The notes below the pieces were generated by a model. It saw nothing but the letters and a program-made list of their open reading frames with translations. It did no database searches and was not told where the DNA came from. Positions 24,764-36,784 of a stretch of DNA of 64,000 nucleotides are shown here, piece by piece. Position numbers and translations under genes: made by a program. The stretch covers positions 1,612,001-1,676,000 of the forward strand of contig NC_086098.1 of assembly GCF_963921235.1 (NCBI RefSeq), in the 5' to 3' direction. How positions within the stretch are numbered: the first letter of the stretch is position 1; each line of letters begins with the position of its first letter. Source of the DNA: Mobula hypostoma (Eukaryota).

Positions 24764-24904
24764 AAGGCAGGAGAATGGTATTGAGAGAAATAATAAATCA
24801 ACCATGATGGAATAACTGTGTAGGCCCAATGTACAAATAGCCTAATTCTGTTCCTATGTCATATAATCTTATCTTTCTTCTCATTTCCTCAGCAGTTTGA
24901 TTGA

Positions 24905-27585
24905 GGCACGACTGTGCAAGTGCGCGGACGTCAGTGACTTAGACCGGCCGGAAGAATTTAAAAAGAAGACAGATTTATAGAGCAGGCATTAGAGGAGCAG
25001 GAGTCAGAGTAGGAGGGCTTTGGCTCAATGGGGCCTCGGCGATATAGAGGTTGAGGAGACGTAAGTTACTTGTGAAGAATAGGAACAACAACTATGTCTG
25101 TGAGGCTGGTGTTCTGTACTGGGTATCGGATATGGGATGTCCAGGAGACTACCAGCCTCCCAGACGGCCACATCTGCACCAGGTGCATCAAGCTGCAGCT
25201 TCTTAGGAAACGCGTTAGGGAACTGGAGATGCAGCTCAATGACTTTTGTCTTGTAGGGAAAGTGAGGAGGTGATAGAGAGGAGCTACAGGCAAGTAGTCA
25301 CACCGGGGCCTCGAGAGACAGATAATTGGGTAACAGTCAGGAGAGGGAAGGGCAAGAGTCAGATACCAGAGGGTACCCCTGTGGCTGTCCCCCTTAATAA
25401 TAAGTACTCCTTTTGAGTACTGTTGGGGGGATGACCTACCTGGGGGAAGCAACAGTGGCCATGGCTTGTCCAGTGCCACTGATTTATCCAACTTGATGCT
25501 TTCCAAAAGCTCCAGCACATCCCCTCTCTTAATGTCCATATGCTCAAGCTTTTCAGTCTGCTGTAATTCATCCCTACATTCACCAAGGTCCTTTTCCGTA
25601 GTGAATACTGAAGCAAATTATTCATTAAGTACCTCCGCTACCTCCTCCCGTTCCATACACACTGTTCCACTGTAACACTTGATTGGTCCTATTCTCTTAG
25701 GTCTTATCCTGTTGCTCTTCATATACTTATAAAATGCCTTGGGGTTTTCCTTAATCCTGCTCGCCAAGGCCTTCTCATGGCCCCTTCTGGTTCTCCTAAT
25801 TTCATTCTTAAGCTCCTTCCTGCTAGCTTTAGAATTTTCTAGATCTCTATCATTACCTAGTTTTTTGAACTTTTCATAAGCTTTCATTTTCTTCTTGACT
25901 AGATTTTCAACAGATTTTGTACGCCATGGTTCCTGTGCCCCACCATCCTTTCGCTATCTCACTGCAACGTACCTGTGCAAAACACCAGGCAAATATCCCC
26001 TGAACATTTGCCACATCTCTGCCGTGCATTTCCCTGAGAACATCTGTTCTCAATTTATACTTCCTAGTTCCTGCCTGATAGCTTCATATTTCCCCTTACT
26101 CTAATTAAATGCTTTCCTAATTTGTCTGTCCCTATCCCTCTCCAATGTTATGGTAAAGGAGATAGAAATGTGATCACTGTCTCCAAAGTGCTCTCCCACT
26201 GAAAGATATGACACTTGACCAGGCTCATTTCCCAATACCAGATCAAGTACAGCCTCTCCTCTTGTAGGTTCATCTACATACTGTGTCAGGAAACCTTCTT
26301 GAACACACCTAACAAACTCCACCTCACAGTCAGTATGGCTTTGTGAAAGGCAGGTCGTGCCTTACAAGCCTGATTGAATTTTTTGAGGATGTGACTAAAC
26401 ACATTCATGAAGGTAGAGCAGTAGATGTAGTGTATATGGATTTCAGCAAGGCGCTTGATAAGGTACCCCATGCAAGGCTTATTGAGAAAGTAAGGAGGTA
26501 TGTGATCCAAGGCGACTTGCTTTATGGATCCAGAAGTGGCTTGCCCACAGGAGGCAAAGAGTGGTTGTAGACAGGTCATATTCTGCATGGAGGTCGGTGA
26601 CCAGTGGTGTGCCTCAGGGATCTGTTCTGGGACCCCTACTCTTTGTGATTTTTATAAATGACCTGGATGAGGAAATGGAGGGATAGGTTAGTAAATTTGT
26701 TGATGACACAAAGGTTGGAGGTGTTGTGGATAGTGTGGAGGGCTGTCAGAGGTTACAGCGGGACATTGCAAAAATGGACTGAGAAGTGGCAGATGGAGTT
26801 CAACCCAGATAAGTGTGAGGTGGTTCATTTTATTGGGTCAAATATGATGGCAGAATATAGTATTAATGGGAAGACTCTTGGCAGTGTGGAGGATCAGAGG
26901 GGTCTTGGGGTCTGAGTCCAAGCTGCTGCACAGGTTGACTCTGTGGTTAAGAAGGCATACAGTGCATTGGCCTTCATCAATCGTGGGATTGAATTTAGGA
27001 GTCGAGAGGTAATGTTGCAGCTATAAAAGACCCTGGTCAGACCCTACTTGGAGTACTGTGCTCAGTTCTGGTCACCTCACTACAGGAAGGATGTGGAAAC
27101 CATAGAAAGGGTGCAGAGGAGATTTACAAGGATGTTTCCTGGTATGCCTTATGAGAATAGTTTGAGTGATCTCGGCCTTTTCTCCTTGGAGCAATGGAGG
27201 ATGAGAGGTGACCTGATAGAGGTGTGTAAGATGATGAGAGGCATTGACCGTGTGGATAGTCAGAGGCTTTTTCCCAGCACTGAAATGGCTAGCACGGGAG
27301 TGCACAGTTTTAAGGTGCTTAGAAGTAGGTACATCTCTAAGAAGATGTCAGCGGTAATTTTTTTATGCAGAGAGTGGTGAGGGCATGGAATGGGCTTCTG
27401 GCGACGGTGGAGGAGGTGGATACAATAGGATGTTTTAAGAGACTCCTGTATAGGTATCTGAAACTTAGAAAAATAGAGACCTGTGGGTACCATATGTAAT
27501 TTCCAAAGTAGTACATGTTTGGCACAGCATTATAGGCCCAAGGGCCTGTATCGTGCTGTAGGTTTTCTATTTTTCTATGTTTCTT
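24905..27585 (+). mobile_element. Rearranged CR1: 5' UTR/ORF1 (+), inverted middle segment ~25476-26322 (-), RT and 3' end (+)
   Basis: ORF1 Zn finger remnant at ~25093-25250. Minus ORFs 26101..26322 and 25618..25887 are APE/tether. RT resumes on + at ~26325. Confidence 0.85.
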
Positions 27586-27683
27586 CAATCGCCTATTCTG
27601 CAGTATTTAACAGTAGTGGTGTAATCCAAAGTATTGTGAAATCAAATCAAATCAAGCTTAATTATCATTCAAACTATATATGG

Positions 27684-30197
27684 CTTGTCAGAAAGGCAGT
27701 GTTATGATAATTGTGGGGGATTTTAACATGCGAGTGGATTGGGAAAATCAGGTCAGCCCTGGATCTCAAGACAGAGAATTTGTAGAATGTCTGCGAGATG
27801 GCTTTTTAGAACAGCTTGTTGTTGAGCCAACTAGGGGATCGGCTGTACTGGATTGGGTATTGTGTAATGAACCGGAGCTGATGAGAGAGATTGAGGTGAA
27901 GGAACCCTTAGGAGGCAGTGATCATACCATGATTGAGTTCACTGTGAAATCTGAAAAAGAGAACCTGCAATCTGATGTGTCGGTGTTTCAGTGGAGTAAA
28001 GGAAACTACAGTGGCATGAGAGAGGAACTGGCCAAAGTTGACTGGAAAGGGACACTGGTGGGAAAGACGGCAGAACAGCAGTGGTTGGAGTTTATGCGAG
28101 AAGTGAGGAAGGTGCAAGACAGATATATTTCAAAAAAGAAGAAATTTTCGAGTGGAAAAAGGAAGCAACCGTGGTTGACAAGATAAGTCAAAACCAAAAT
28201 TAAAGCAAAGGAGAGGGCATACAAGGAAGAAAAATTAGTGGGAAGACAGAGGATTGGGAAGTTTTTAAAACCTTACAAAAGGAAACCAAGGAGGTCATTA
28301 AGAGGGAAAAGATGAATTATGAAAGGAAGCTAGCAAATAATATCAAAGAGGATACTAAAAGCTTTTTCAAGTATATAAAGAGTAAAAGACAGGTGAGAGT
28401 AGATATCGGACCGATAGAAAAAGATGCTGGAGAAATTGTAATGGGAGATAAGGAGATGGCAGAGGAACTGAACGAGTATTTTGCATCAGTCTTCACTAAG
28501 GAAGACATCAGCAGTATACCGGACACTCAAGGGTGGCAGGGAAGAGAAGTGTGCGCAGTCACAATTAGGACAGAGAAAGTACTCAGGAAGCTGAATAGTC
28601 TAAAGGTAGATAAATCTCCTGGACCAGATGGAATTCACCCGCGTGTTCTGAAGGAAGTAGCTGTGGAGATTGCGGAGGCATTAGCGATGATCTTTCAAAA
28701 GTCGATAGATTCTGGCATGGCTCCGGAGGACTGGAAGATTGCAAATGTCACTCCGCTATTTAAGAAGGGGGAAAGGAAGCAAAAAGGAAATTATAGACCC
28801 GTTAGCTTAACATCGATGGTTGGGAAGTTGTTGGAGTCGATTGTCAAGGATGAGGTTACAGAGTACCTGGAGGCATATGACAAGATAGCCAGAACTCAGC
28901 ATGGATTCCTTAAAGGAAAATCCTGCCTGACAAACCTATTACAATTTTTTGAGGAAATTACCAGTAGGCTAGACAAGGGAGATGCAGTGGATGTTGTATA
29001 TTTGGATTTTCAGAAGGCCTTTGACAAGGTGCCACACAGGAGGCTACTTAACAAGAGCTCATGGAATTATGGGAAAGTTACATACGTGGATAGAGCGTTG
29101 GCTGATTGGCAGGAAACAGAGAATGGGAATAAAGGGATCCTATTCTGGTTGGCTGCCGGTTACCAGTGGTGTTCCACAGGGGTCAGTGTTGGGGCCGCTT
29201 CTTTCTACATTGTACATCAACGATTTGGATTATGGAATAGATGGCTTTGTGGCTAAGTTTGCTGACGATACGAAGATAGGTGGAGAGGCCAGTAGTGCTG
29301 AGGAAACAGAGAGTCTGCAGAGGGACTTGGATAGATTGGAAGAATGGGCAGAGAAGTGGTAAATGAAGCACGATGTTGGAAAGTGTATGGTTATGCACTT
29401 TGGCAGAAAAAATAAACGGGCAGACTATTATCTAAATGGGGAAAGAATTCAAAGTACTAAGATGCAATGGGACTTGGGAGTCCTCGTACAGGATACCCTT
29501 AAAGTTAACCTCCAGGTTGAATCAGTGGTGAAGAAGCCGAATGCAATGTTGGCATTCATTTCTAGAGGAATAGAGTATAGGAGCAGGGATGTGATGTTGA
29601 GGCTCTATAAGGCACTGGTGAGACATCACTTGGAGTATTGTGGGCAGTTTTGGTCTCCTTATTTAAGAAAGGATGTGCTGACGTTGGAGAGGCTACAGAG
29701 AAGATTCACTAGAATGATTCCGGGAATGAAAGGGTTAACATATGAGGAACGTTTGTCTGCTCTTGGACTGTATTTCTTGGAGTTTAGAAGAATGAGGGGA
29801 GACCTCATAGAAACATTTCGAATGTTGAAAGGCATGGACAGAGTGGATGTGGCAAAGTTGTTTCCCATGATGGGGGGAGTCCAGTGCGAGAGGGCATGAC
29901 TTAAGGATTGAAGGGCGCCCATTCAGAACAGAAATGCAAAGAAATTTTTTTAGTCAGAGGGTGGTGAATCTATGGAATTTGTTGCCACGGGCAGCAGTGG
30001 AGGCCAAGTCATTGGGTCTATTTAAGGCAGAGATTGAGAGGTATCTGAGTAGCCAGGGTATCAAAGGTTATGGTGAGAAGGCAGGGGAGTGGGACTAAAT
30101 GGGAGAATGGATTAGCTCCTGATAAAATGGCGGAGCAGACTCGATGGGCAAATGGCCGACTTCTGCTCCTTTTTCTTATGGTCTTATGGCCTTATGG
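27684..30197 (+). mobile_element. CR1 subfamily C ((CTTATGGT)n tail), APE C-terminus through 3' UTR
   Basis: ORFs 27680..28186, 28312..29256, 28982..29362, 29363..29899; TATGG at 27679-27683 and 30193-30197. Confidence 0.94.
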
Positions 30198-31164
30198 ACG
30201 CATTTGAGTAAGACAGCATTCCTCTGGGGCCAAGCTGCTTAACATACATTCAAAATAGCGAGAGAAAAAAAAACACACAGCATTACACAAGAAATTACAT
30301 GTATGGTCCGTCCATGTCCGATATGCAGATTGATGGTACAGTGCATGGCAATCCAGCCTGTTATTTCACCAATCAGACACTGGAGGGCAGCACTGACAGG
30401 AGAGGCAAGATCCCAACTGAGCACAGACTCCACACTACACCACCTCAGCATCATCTCATCTGGACTGCAGCAGCAGGCAAGCCCACAGCTTGGGGCCTAG
30501 TCCTCGCTACAGCCAAGGCCACGCGGCTGCCTTGTTGCCTGTTTTTTCCACTAAACAAGGAAGCAGGTCTACAACATCTTATATTATCAATGTCCAACAG
30601 GGTCTTGGGGTGGCAAGAGAAACATCCAAGACAGTCACTCACTGTTACACTGCATGCTGCTTTCTCGTTGATGTCTTCAAGTAGAAGGCAGCAACACAGT
30701 GTGAACCCAGGTCAGCTCCTCCGAACCTTCTCTGGCTTCTCCTTCTGTTGACTTGTTGCCGGCATCTCCTACTCCTGGCCCATCCACCCACTTCTCCTTC
30801 TCCGACATGAGTGGTGGCTTCTCCTTCTCTGACCCAAATGGTGACTACTCTTCTCTGACTCATCCACCGGCTCCTTCTACGCCCTGGCCAGCTGCTCAGA
30901 ACATGAGCAACTCACTGATGTGGTAGACCTCAGCTCATGCTCCTGAATCTCTCGCACATTCAGGACGAGTTACTAAAATATTATTGAACTCGTATCAAAT
31001 AAAAGACATCTTAAATGACACTGTTAATGAGGGCGGAGTACAGTTGAATTTAAAATATGGCCACATATTGAGTCATAGAATGCTACAGCACAGAAACAGA
31101 CCCTTCGGTCTATCTAATCCATGCTGAACCATTTAAGCTGCCTCCTCCCATCGACCTGCTCTGA

Positions 31165-31450
31165 GGCTTCCCCATAAGTGGGTATAGACAGAAGGCTGCA
31201 GAGTTTTCCTTCTCCTAGATGAGCTGCTAACTGACCCGACGAGACCTATCTGCCCGAAGTGACTGTTTTTAAGGCACCAGTAATCCTTCTTTGCCCCTTC
31301 TCCTTCAGTAGTGATGGTTCCTTCGGGCCTAGCAGTTAAGCCACACACAAAGACCAGGAGCTGGAGCTGGTTGTCAAAGGCTATTTGAGACACATGCCAT
31401 TGGGAGCATTTAACAGATAGTAGGAACTTATCCCCACTACCTCTCCCAAC
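31165..31450 (-). repeat. RTE-5'UTR-like SINE fragment
   Basis: Reverse complement contains CTAGGAGAAGGAAAACTC, also present at ~56794-56811. Confidence 0.45.
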
Positions 31451-32059
31451 TGACAATCATAAAGAGCCAAAGTATTTCCTAAATCCTTATAAATCACTCT
31501 ATAAAAGAAGTTTCTGTGATCTCCTGGCTAGTATTATTGTGCTAAATTTTTGTTCTGCACATCATAATGCTAGCTGTTAGATTTCAACATATATGAGAAA
31601 ATAAATCAGAAACACTTCATGTGAAATTGTACAAAAATGTGTATAATGTTCATTCTTAAATATGTAATAGCCAACACTATTTGAAGCACAGTTGTTACCA
31701 GATGATGTGAGGAGAATTATTAGTTTGTTTTAAAAATTAATTTATTTTCTGTAATTAAATATCTTGTCTGTTACAAAAATGCCTTTAGACCAACACCTTC
31801 AGCAATTTTAAGAATATTTTGTCAATTCTGTTCAAATCAACAAATCAGGAAGTTCATTTTAGTAATATATGGATACAACTAAATTTGGGTCTGAGAATAG
31901 ATTTCCACTACATTTGCAACAATATCAGTGTTTTAATCATCATTCAGGTTTCTGCATTTCAAGTAAGCATGGATATTCTAGAATAAACTAGTGGATTTTG
32001 CATCACAATGCATTTCCTATGGTCTGCATCTCTGCAGGCATGGTGTCTTGCAGAACTAT

Positions 32060-32593
32060 TCCTGAACCTAGTGGGATAGAAGCCTCAGATCCCAAACGAC
32101 CAGGTTCAGAAACTTTTATTACTTCTCAACTATCAGGCTCCTGAACCAGAATGGATAACTTCACTCACCTCAACTCTGAACTGAATTTACAATCTACAGA
32201 CTCAGGACCTATACCACTATGTTCAGAAATAGTTATTACCCCTCAACCATCAGTCTCCTGAACCAATGTGGATAACTTCACTCGTCACAACACTGAAATT
32301 AATTCACAACCTACAATTCATGTTGTCATTATTATTTATTTATCTATTTTCTATCTATTTATTTATGTATGTATGTACTGTAGATATTGATTGATTTATT
32401 TGTTTGTTTGTTTTTAATTTACACAGTTTGCCTTCTTTTGCACATTAGTTGTTTGTCCATCTTGGTGTGCAGTTTTTCATTGATCCTGAGGTGCTTCTTT
32501 GTTCTACTGTGAAAGCCCATAAGAAAATCAATCTCAGAGTTGTAAAATGGTGTATGCATACTTTGATAATAAATTTACTTTGAAATTTGAACT
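32060..32593 (+). mobile_element. Rex1-type LINE 3' end with ~120-bp internal tandem duplication
   Basis: Homologous to 15200-15610. 'GTTCAGAAA...CTCCTGAACCA...GGATAACTTCACTC' occurs twice (~32104 and ~32221). Confidence 0.75.
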
Positions 32594-32952
32594 TTGATTT
32601 ACAGAGATCACATATTGACAATTTGCTTGATCTCTGTGTTGTTGCCCACTCTTGTTGAGCAATTAGACCATAAGACCATAAAACATAGGAGCAGGATTAG
32701 GTCATTCAGCTCATCAAGTCTGCTCCGGTACTTTATGGCAACTAGGAGTATGACTGGAAGATTTCCCACTTCCCAACCCCTGGAGACAGACTGCAGGATT
32801 CTTTTCCCTTTCTGGATTACAGGTGGTCATAAGGAAGATAATATGTCTGTATCCTGGAAAAGAGTTATGCATTGTATCAGATCACTATGTATTAATTCCA
32901 TTTCCTTCAGGTAATGGGTGTGGACTGTAGATACGTCTCTACCAAAGGAATG

Positions 32953-33134
32953 TGTTATGCTTGTTCTTTGTAAAGAGAAGTAGTATCGGTGAAAACACTA
33001 TAACTACTTTCTTTACAGAATGGCTTTTGCTCCAGACCCAACACATGCAATGAGCTCACCCGTATCACTTCCGCTTCCCGATGAACCGCCCACGTTGCCC
33101 ACTGGAAACTGAACTTCTTTATTATGTACACGTA
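32953..33134 (-). repeat. Gypsy 3' LTR, with adjacent PPT at 33135-33145
   Basis: Starts TGTTATGCTTGTTC and aligns with 55684-55882 (GGTGAAAAC, AATGGCTTTTGCTCCAG, CTTTATTA). PPT reads AAAGAGGAAGA on the minus strand. Confidence 0.85.
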
Positions 33135-33326
33135 TCTTCCTCTTTAAAGAAGAATAAACACAACACCACGGTATGTCACCATAAATATGCAAGAAACAAT
33201 AATCCTTTGCAGCAAAGATATTTAATGAAAACAACAGGAATTCTGCAGATGCTGGAAATTCAAACAACATACATCAAAGTTTCTGGTGAACGCAGCAGGC
33301 CAAGCAGCATCTATAGGAAGGGGGGC

Positions 33327-33362
33327 AGTCGACGTTTCAGGCTGAGACCCTTCGTCAGGACT
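33327..33362 (-). ncRNA. Minimal type-I hammerhead ribozyme (inverted pLTR)
   Basis: Reverse complement AGTC-CTGACGA-AGGGTCTCAGCCT-GAAA-CGTC-GACT. Confidence 0.82.
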
Positions 33363-33519
33363 AACTGAAGGAAGAGTGAGTAAGGGATTTGAAAGCTTGG
33401 ATTCCAGACCTAATCAGTTCCCCTCTACCACCACTCTGCTCCGTCTAGCGGAATTAGTCCTTACTCTTAATAATTTCTCCTTTTGCTCCTCCCATTTCCT
33501 CTAAACTAAAGGTGTAGCT

Positions 33520-34692
33520 ATGGGCACCCGTATGGGTCCTAACTATGCCTGCCTTTTTGTTGGGTTTGTGGAACAATCTATGTTCCGTGCCTATTCTGGT
33601 ATCTGTCCCCCACTTTTCCTTCGCTACATCGACGACTGCATTGGCGCTGCTTCCTGCACGCATGCAGAACTCGTTGACTTTATTAACTTTGCCTCCAACT
33701 TTCACCCTGCCCTCAAGTTTACCTGGTCCATTTCCGACACCTCCCTCCCCTTTCTAGATCTTTCTGTCTCTGTCTCTGGAGACAGCTTATCCACTGATGT
33801 CTACTATAAGCCTACTGACTCTCACAGCTATCTGGACTATTCCTCTTCTCACCCTGTCTCTTGCAAAAACGCCATCCCCTTCTCGCAATTCCTCCGTCTC
33901 CGCCGCATCTGCTCTCAGGATGAGGCTTTTCATTCTAGGACGAGGGAGATGTCTTCATTTTTTAAAGAAAGGGGCTTCCCTTCCTCCACTATCAACTCTG
34001 CTCTTAAACGCATCTCCCCCATTTCACGTACATCTGCTCTCACTCCATCCTCCCACCACCCCACTGGGAATAGGGTTCCCCTGGTCCTCACCTACCACCC
34101 CACCAGCCTCCGGGTCCAACATATTATTCTCCGTAACTTCCGCCACCTCCAACGGGATCCCACCACTAAGCACATCTTTCCCTCTCCCCGTCTCTCTGCA
34201 TTCTGCAGGGATCGCTCCCTACATAACTCCCTAGTCCATTCGTCCCCCCCATCCCTCCCCACTGATCTCCCTCCTGGCACTTATCCATGTAAGCGGAACA
34301 AGTGCTACACATGCCCTTACACTTCCTCCCTTACCACTATTCAAGGCCCCAAACAGTCCTTCCAGGTGAGGCATCACTTCACCTGTGAGTCGACTGGGGT
34401 GATATACTGCGTCCGGTGCTCCCGATGTGGCCTTTTATATATTGGTGAGACCCGACGCAGACTGGGAGACCGCTTTGATGAACATCTACGCTCTGTCCGC
34501 CAGAGAAAGCAGGATCTCCCAGTGGCCACACATTTTAATTCCACATCCCATTCCCATTCTGACATGTCTATCCACGGCCTCCTCTACTGTAAAGATGAAG
34601 CCACACTCAGGTTGGAGGAACAACACCTTATATTCCGTCTGGGTAGCCTCCAACCTCATGGCATGAACATCGACTCCTCTAACTTCCGCTAA
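33520..34692 (+). CDS. Penelope RT C-terminal half + GIY-YIG endonuclease (truncated)
   Basis: 'MGTRMGPNYACLFVG', 'FLRYIDDC', 'GVIYCVRCSRCGLLYIGETRRRLGDRFDEH', 'HGMN'; 390 aa uninterrupted. Confidence 0.9.
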   Translation: MGTRMGPNYACLFVGFVEQSMFRAYSGICPPLFLRYIDDCIGAASCTHAELVDFINFASNFHPALKFTWSISDTSLPFLDLSVSVSGDSLSTDVYYKPTDSHSYLDYSSSHPVSCKNAIPFSQFLRLRRICSQDEAFHSRTREMSSFFKERGFPSSTINSALKRISPISRTSALTPSSHHPTGNRVPLVLTYHPTSLRVQHIILRNFRHLQRDPTTKHIFPSPRLSAFCRDRSLHNSLVHSSPPSLPTDLPPGTYPCKRNKCYTCPYTSSLTTIQGPKQSFQVRHHFTCESTGVIYCVRCSRCGLLYIGETRRRLGDRFDEHLRSVRQRKQDLPVATHFNSTSHSHSDMSIHGLLYCKDEATLRLEEQHLIFRLGSLQPHGMNIDSSNFR

Positions 34693-34987
34693 GGCCCCAC
34701 CTCCCCCTCGTACCTCATCCGTTACTCATTTTTATGCACACATTCTTTCTCTCACTCTCCTTTTTCTCCCTCTGTCCCTCTGAATTTACCTCTTGCCCAT
34801 CCTCTGGGTCACCCCCCCCCGTCTTTCTTCCCGGACCTCCTGTCCCATGATCCTCTCGTATCCCCTTTTGCCTATCACCTGTCTCCAGCTCTCGGCTCTA
34901 TCCCTCCCCCTCCTGTCTTCTCCTATCATTTTGCATCTCCCCCTCCCCCTCCAGCTTTCAAATCTCTTACTCACTCTTCCTTCAGTT

Positions 34988-35023
34988 AGTCCTGACGAAG
35001 GGTCTCGGCCTGAAACGTCGACT
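34988..35023 (+). ncRNA. Minimal type-I hammerhead ribozyme (Penelope pLTR)
   Basis: Stem I AGTC/GACT, CTGACGA 34992-34998, stem II AGG/CCT, GAAA 35012-35015, palindromic ACGT stem III, predicted cleavage after C35019. Confidence 0.85.
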
Positions 35024-36659
35024 GCACCTCTTCCTATAGATGCTGCTTGGCCTGCTGCGTTCACCAGCAACTTTGATGTATGTTGCAAGATATTTAATGA
35101 TTCTTTTTACCTGCTATATGTTTCCACAGGTGTACTGCTTGTATTTGGTGTTTTAATATTTATGTCTTCCTGAGAATTCTGATCTACAAGTTTATTATTT
35201 ACATCTGCTGCTGCCTTTGGTGTACTGACAGGTGATGAGTCACAGCTATGGCTTGGAGCTTGTGGTTATGGATTCACACGGTTCCTTCTCAAAGTGTTTC
35301 TCACTCCTTCTGGATCTGGTAGGAATATTCAGCAACTTTTTCTTGCACGCATCTTTGCATGCACAATGTGTCAGATTGTGATCTCAGATTCACACTTGAT
35401 CTCCAGGCTTCAGGTCTGCAAGGCTTTTCGCCGTCTTGTTGTGATCTTTTAGGTGTCCACAGGTATTTGTACACTGGAAGGCTAGTGTGTATGCATTGAC
35501 CCATCAGCGTTTGGGCTGGTGAAAGGCCATTCTGCAGTGGCTCACTTCTGTAAGTCATCAAATCCTCTCATCCATCTTGCACTTTCTTCATGAGACTCTT
35601 CACTACCTTGACTGTACTCTCTGCGAGGCCATTAGATTGTGATGTGGGCTTGAAAAAGTATATCTAAAGCCCCCAATAATTGGCAAAGGACTCGAATTCA
35701 CAGTTCAAAAACTCTGGACCATTGTCTGATACCACTTCACGTGGAACTCCATGCCTCACATACACAGCTTTCAGGAAGGCGATGATCACTTTGCTGGCTG
35801 GTGATTGCAGTGTTGTAACCTCAGGGTAATTTGAAAATTCATCTGTTACAACAGTGTGACTCTGCTCATTACAATCAAACAAATCCACTCCAAAAGCCTA
35901 ACTGGTACAGGGAATGGTGGAAGCAGCTCTGCTTACTGCTTTGGCCTGTTGGTAAGATTAATCTCACATGAAGCATTGGTCTGGCTGATGTCTTGGTTCA
36001 TTCTTGAGCAGAATATCACTTTATGAGCTCTTTGTTTGCATTTTTCCTCACCAAGATGCCCTTCATGTACCTTCTGAAGCATTTCCTTGGGTAGTGACAC
36101 TGGAATCACAAGAATGTTCCCTTTAAAGACCAAATTTTCCACTACTGACATGCCCAATAATGCTGAATACACATTGGACAGTCATTCTTAGTTGCTAGCT
36201 ATCCTTTCTGTATTGTCCCTTTGAGTACGTTCATTGTTTCATCTGTCCCTGCTGCTGTCCTAATCTTCTCTGTTCTATTGGGAGATTCCGGAAAGGGGGT
36301 AACAATTATGTTAATATAGGCCTGTACATCTACATTAATCTCTTTGCCATTCTTTCTTGTTGACTGCTTGAGACAATGCATCAGCAGCAAACATACATTT
36401 TAATTGAAATCTGTGGTTTGTGGTCTGTCTCCACTTCAAAAGCTTGTCCATAGATGTACTGATGGAACCATTTTCATGCATATGTGCTGGCAAGAAACTC
36501 TTTCTCTATCTGTGCATAGTTGGCTTTTGACCTTGTTAAATCCCTTGATGCATAGGTCGCAGGTTGCCATGTGTCATCATGTTGCTGCTGTAGTACTGCT
36601 CCTAGGCCGAACCAGGACGCATCAGCTGAGATTCTCATACACCTTTCTGGATCATAAAA

Positions 36660-36733
36660 CCTGCTGCGTTCACCAGCAACTTTTGTGTGTGTTGCTTGAG
36701 ATTCCAGCATCTGCAGATTTCCTCGTGTTTGCG
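36660..36733 (+). mobile_element. 74-bp Penelope pLTR end inserted in Gypsy RNase H
   Basis: Matches 5474-5546. Confidence 0.8.
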
Positions 36734-36784
36734 TGGCCTCTTCTGTTAGGACTTCTTTCAACCTCTGGAGACACTCTTCTTGTT

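Larger units (their letters stand above)
20955..24872 (+). mobile_element. Old CR1 3' fragment (20955-21393 and 24764-24872) hosting two nested CR1s
   Basis: Host sequence rejoins across AAGG at 21390-21393 and 24764-24767. Confidence 0.8.
33229..35086 (+). mobile_element. Young 5'-truncated Penelope element with inverted 5' pLTR
   Basis: 14-bp TSD AAGATATTTAATGA at 33215-33228 and 35087-35100; inverted pLTR 33229-~33398; RT-GIY-YIG ORF. Confidence 0.95.

Noticed and set aside
30377..30394. CTCF-like motif ACACTGGAGGGCAGCAC
   Set aside because: Mismatches at core positions and located in probable repeat sequence; cannot be supported without ChIP data.
32823..32910. Possible 88-nt exon (TTACAG ... 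CAG|GTAATG)
   Set aside because: The donor abuts a SINE start, the peptide is unrecognised, and nothing else supports it.
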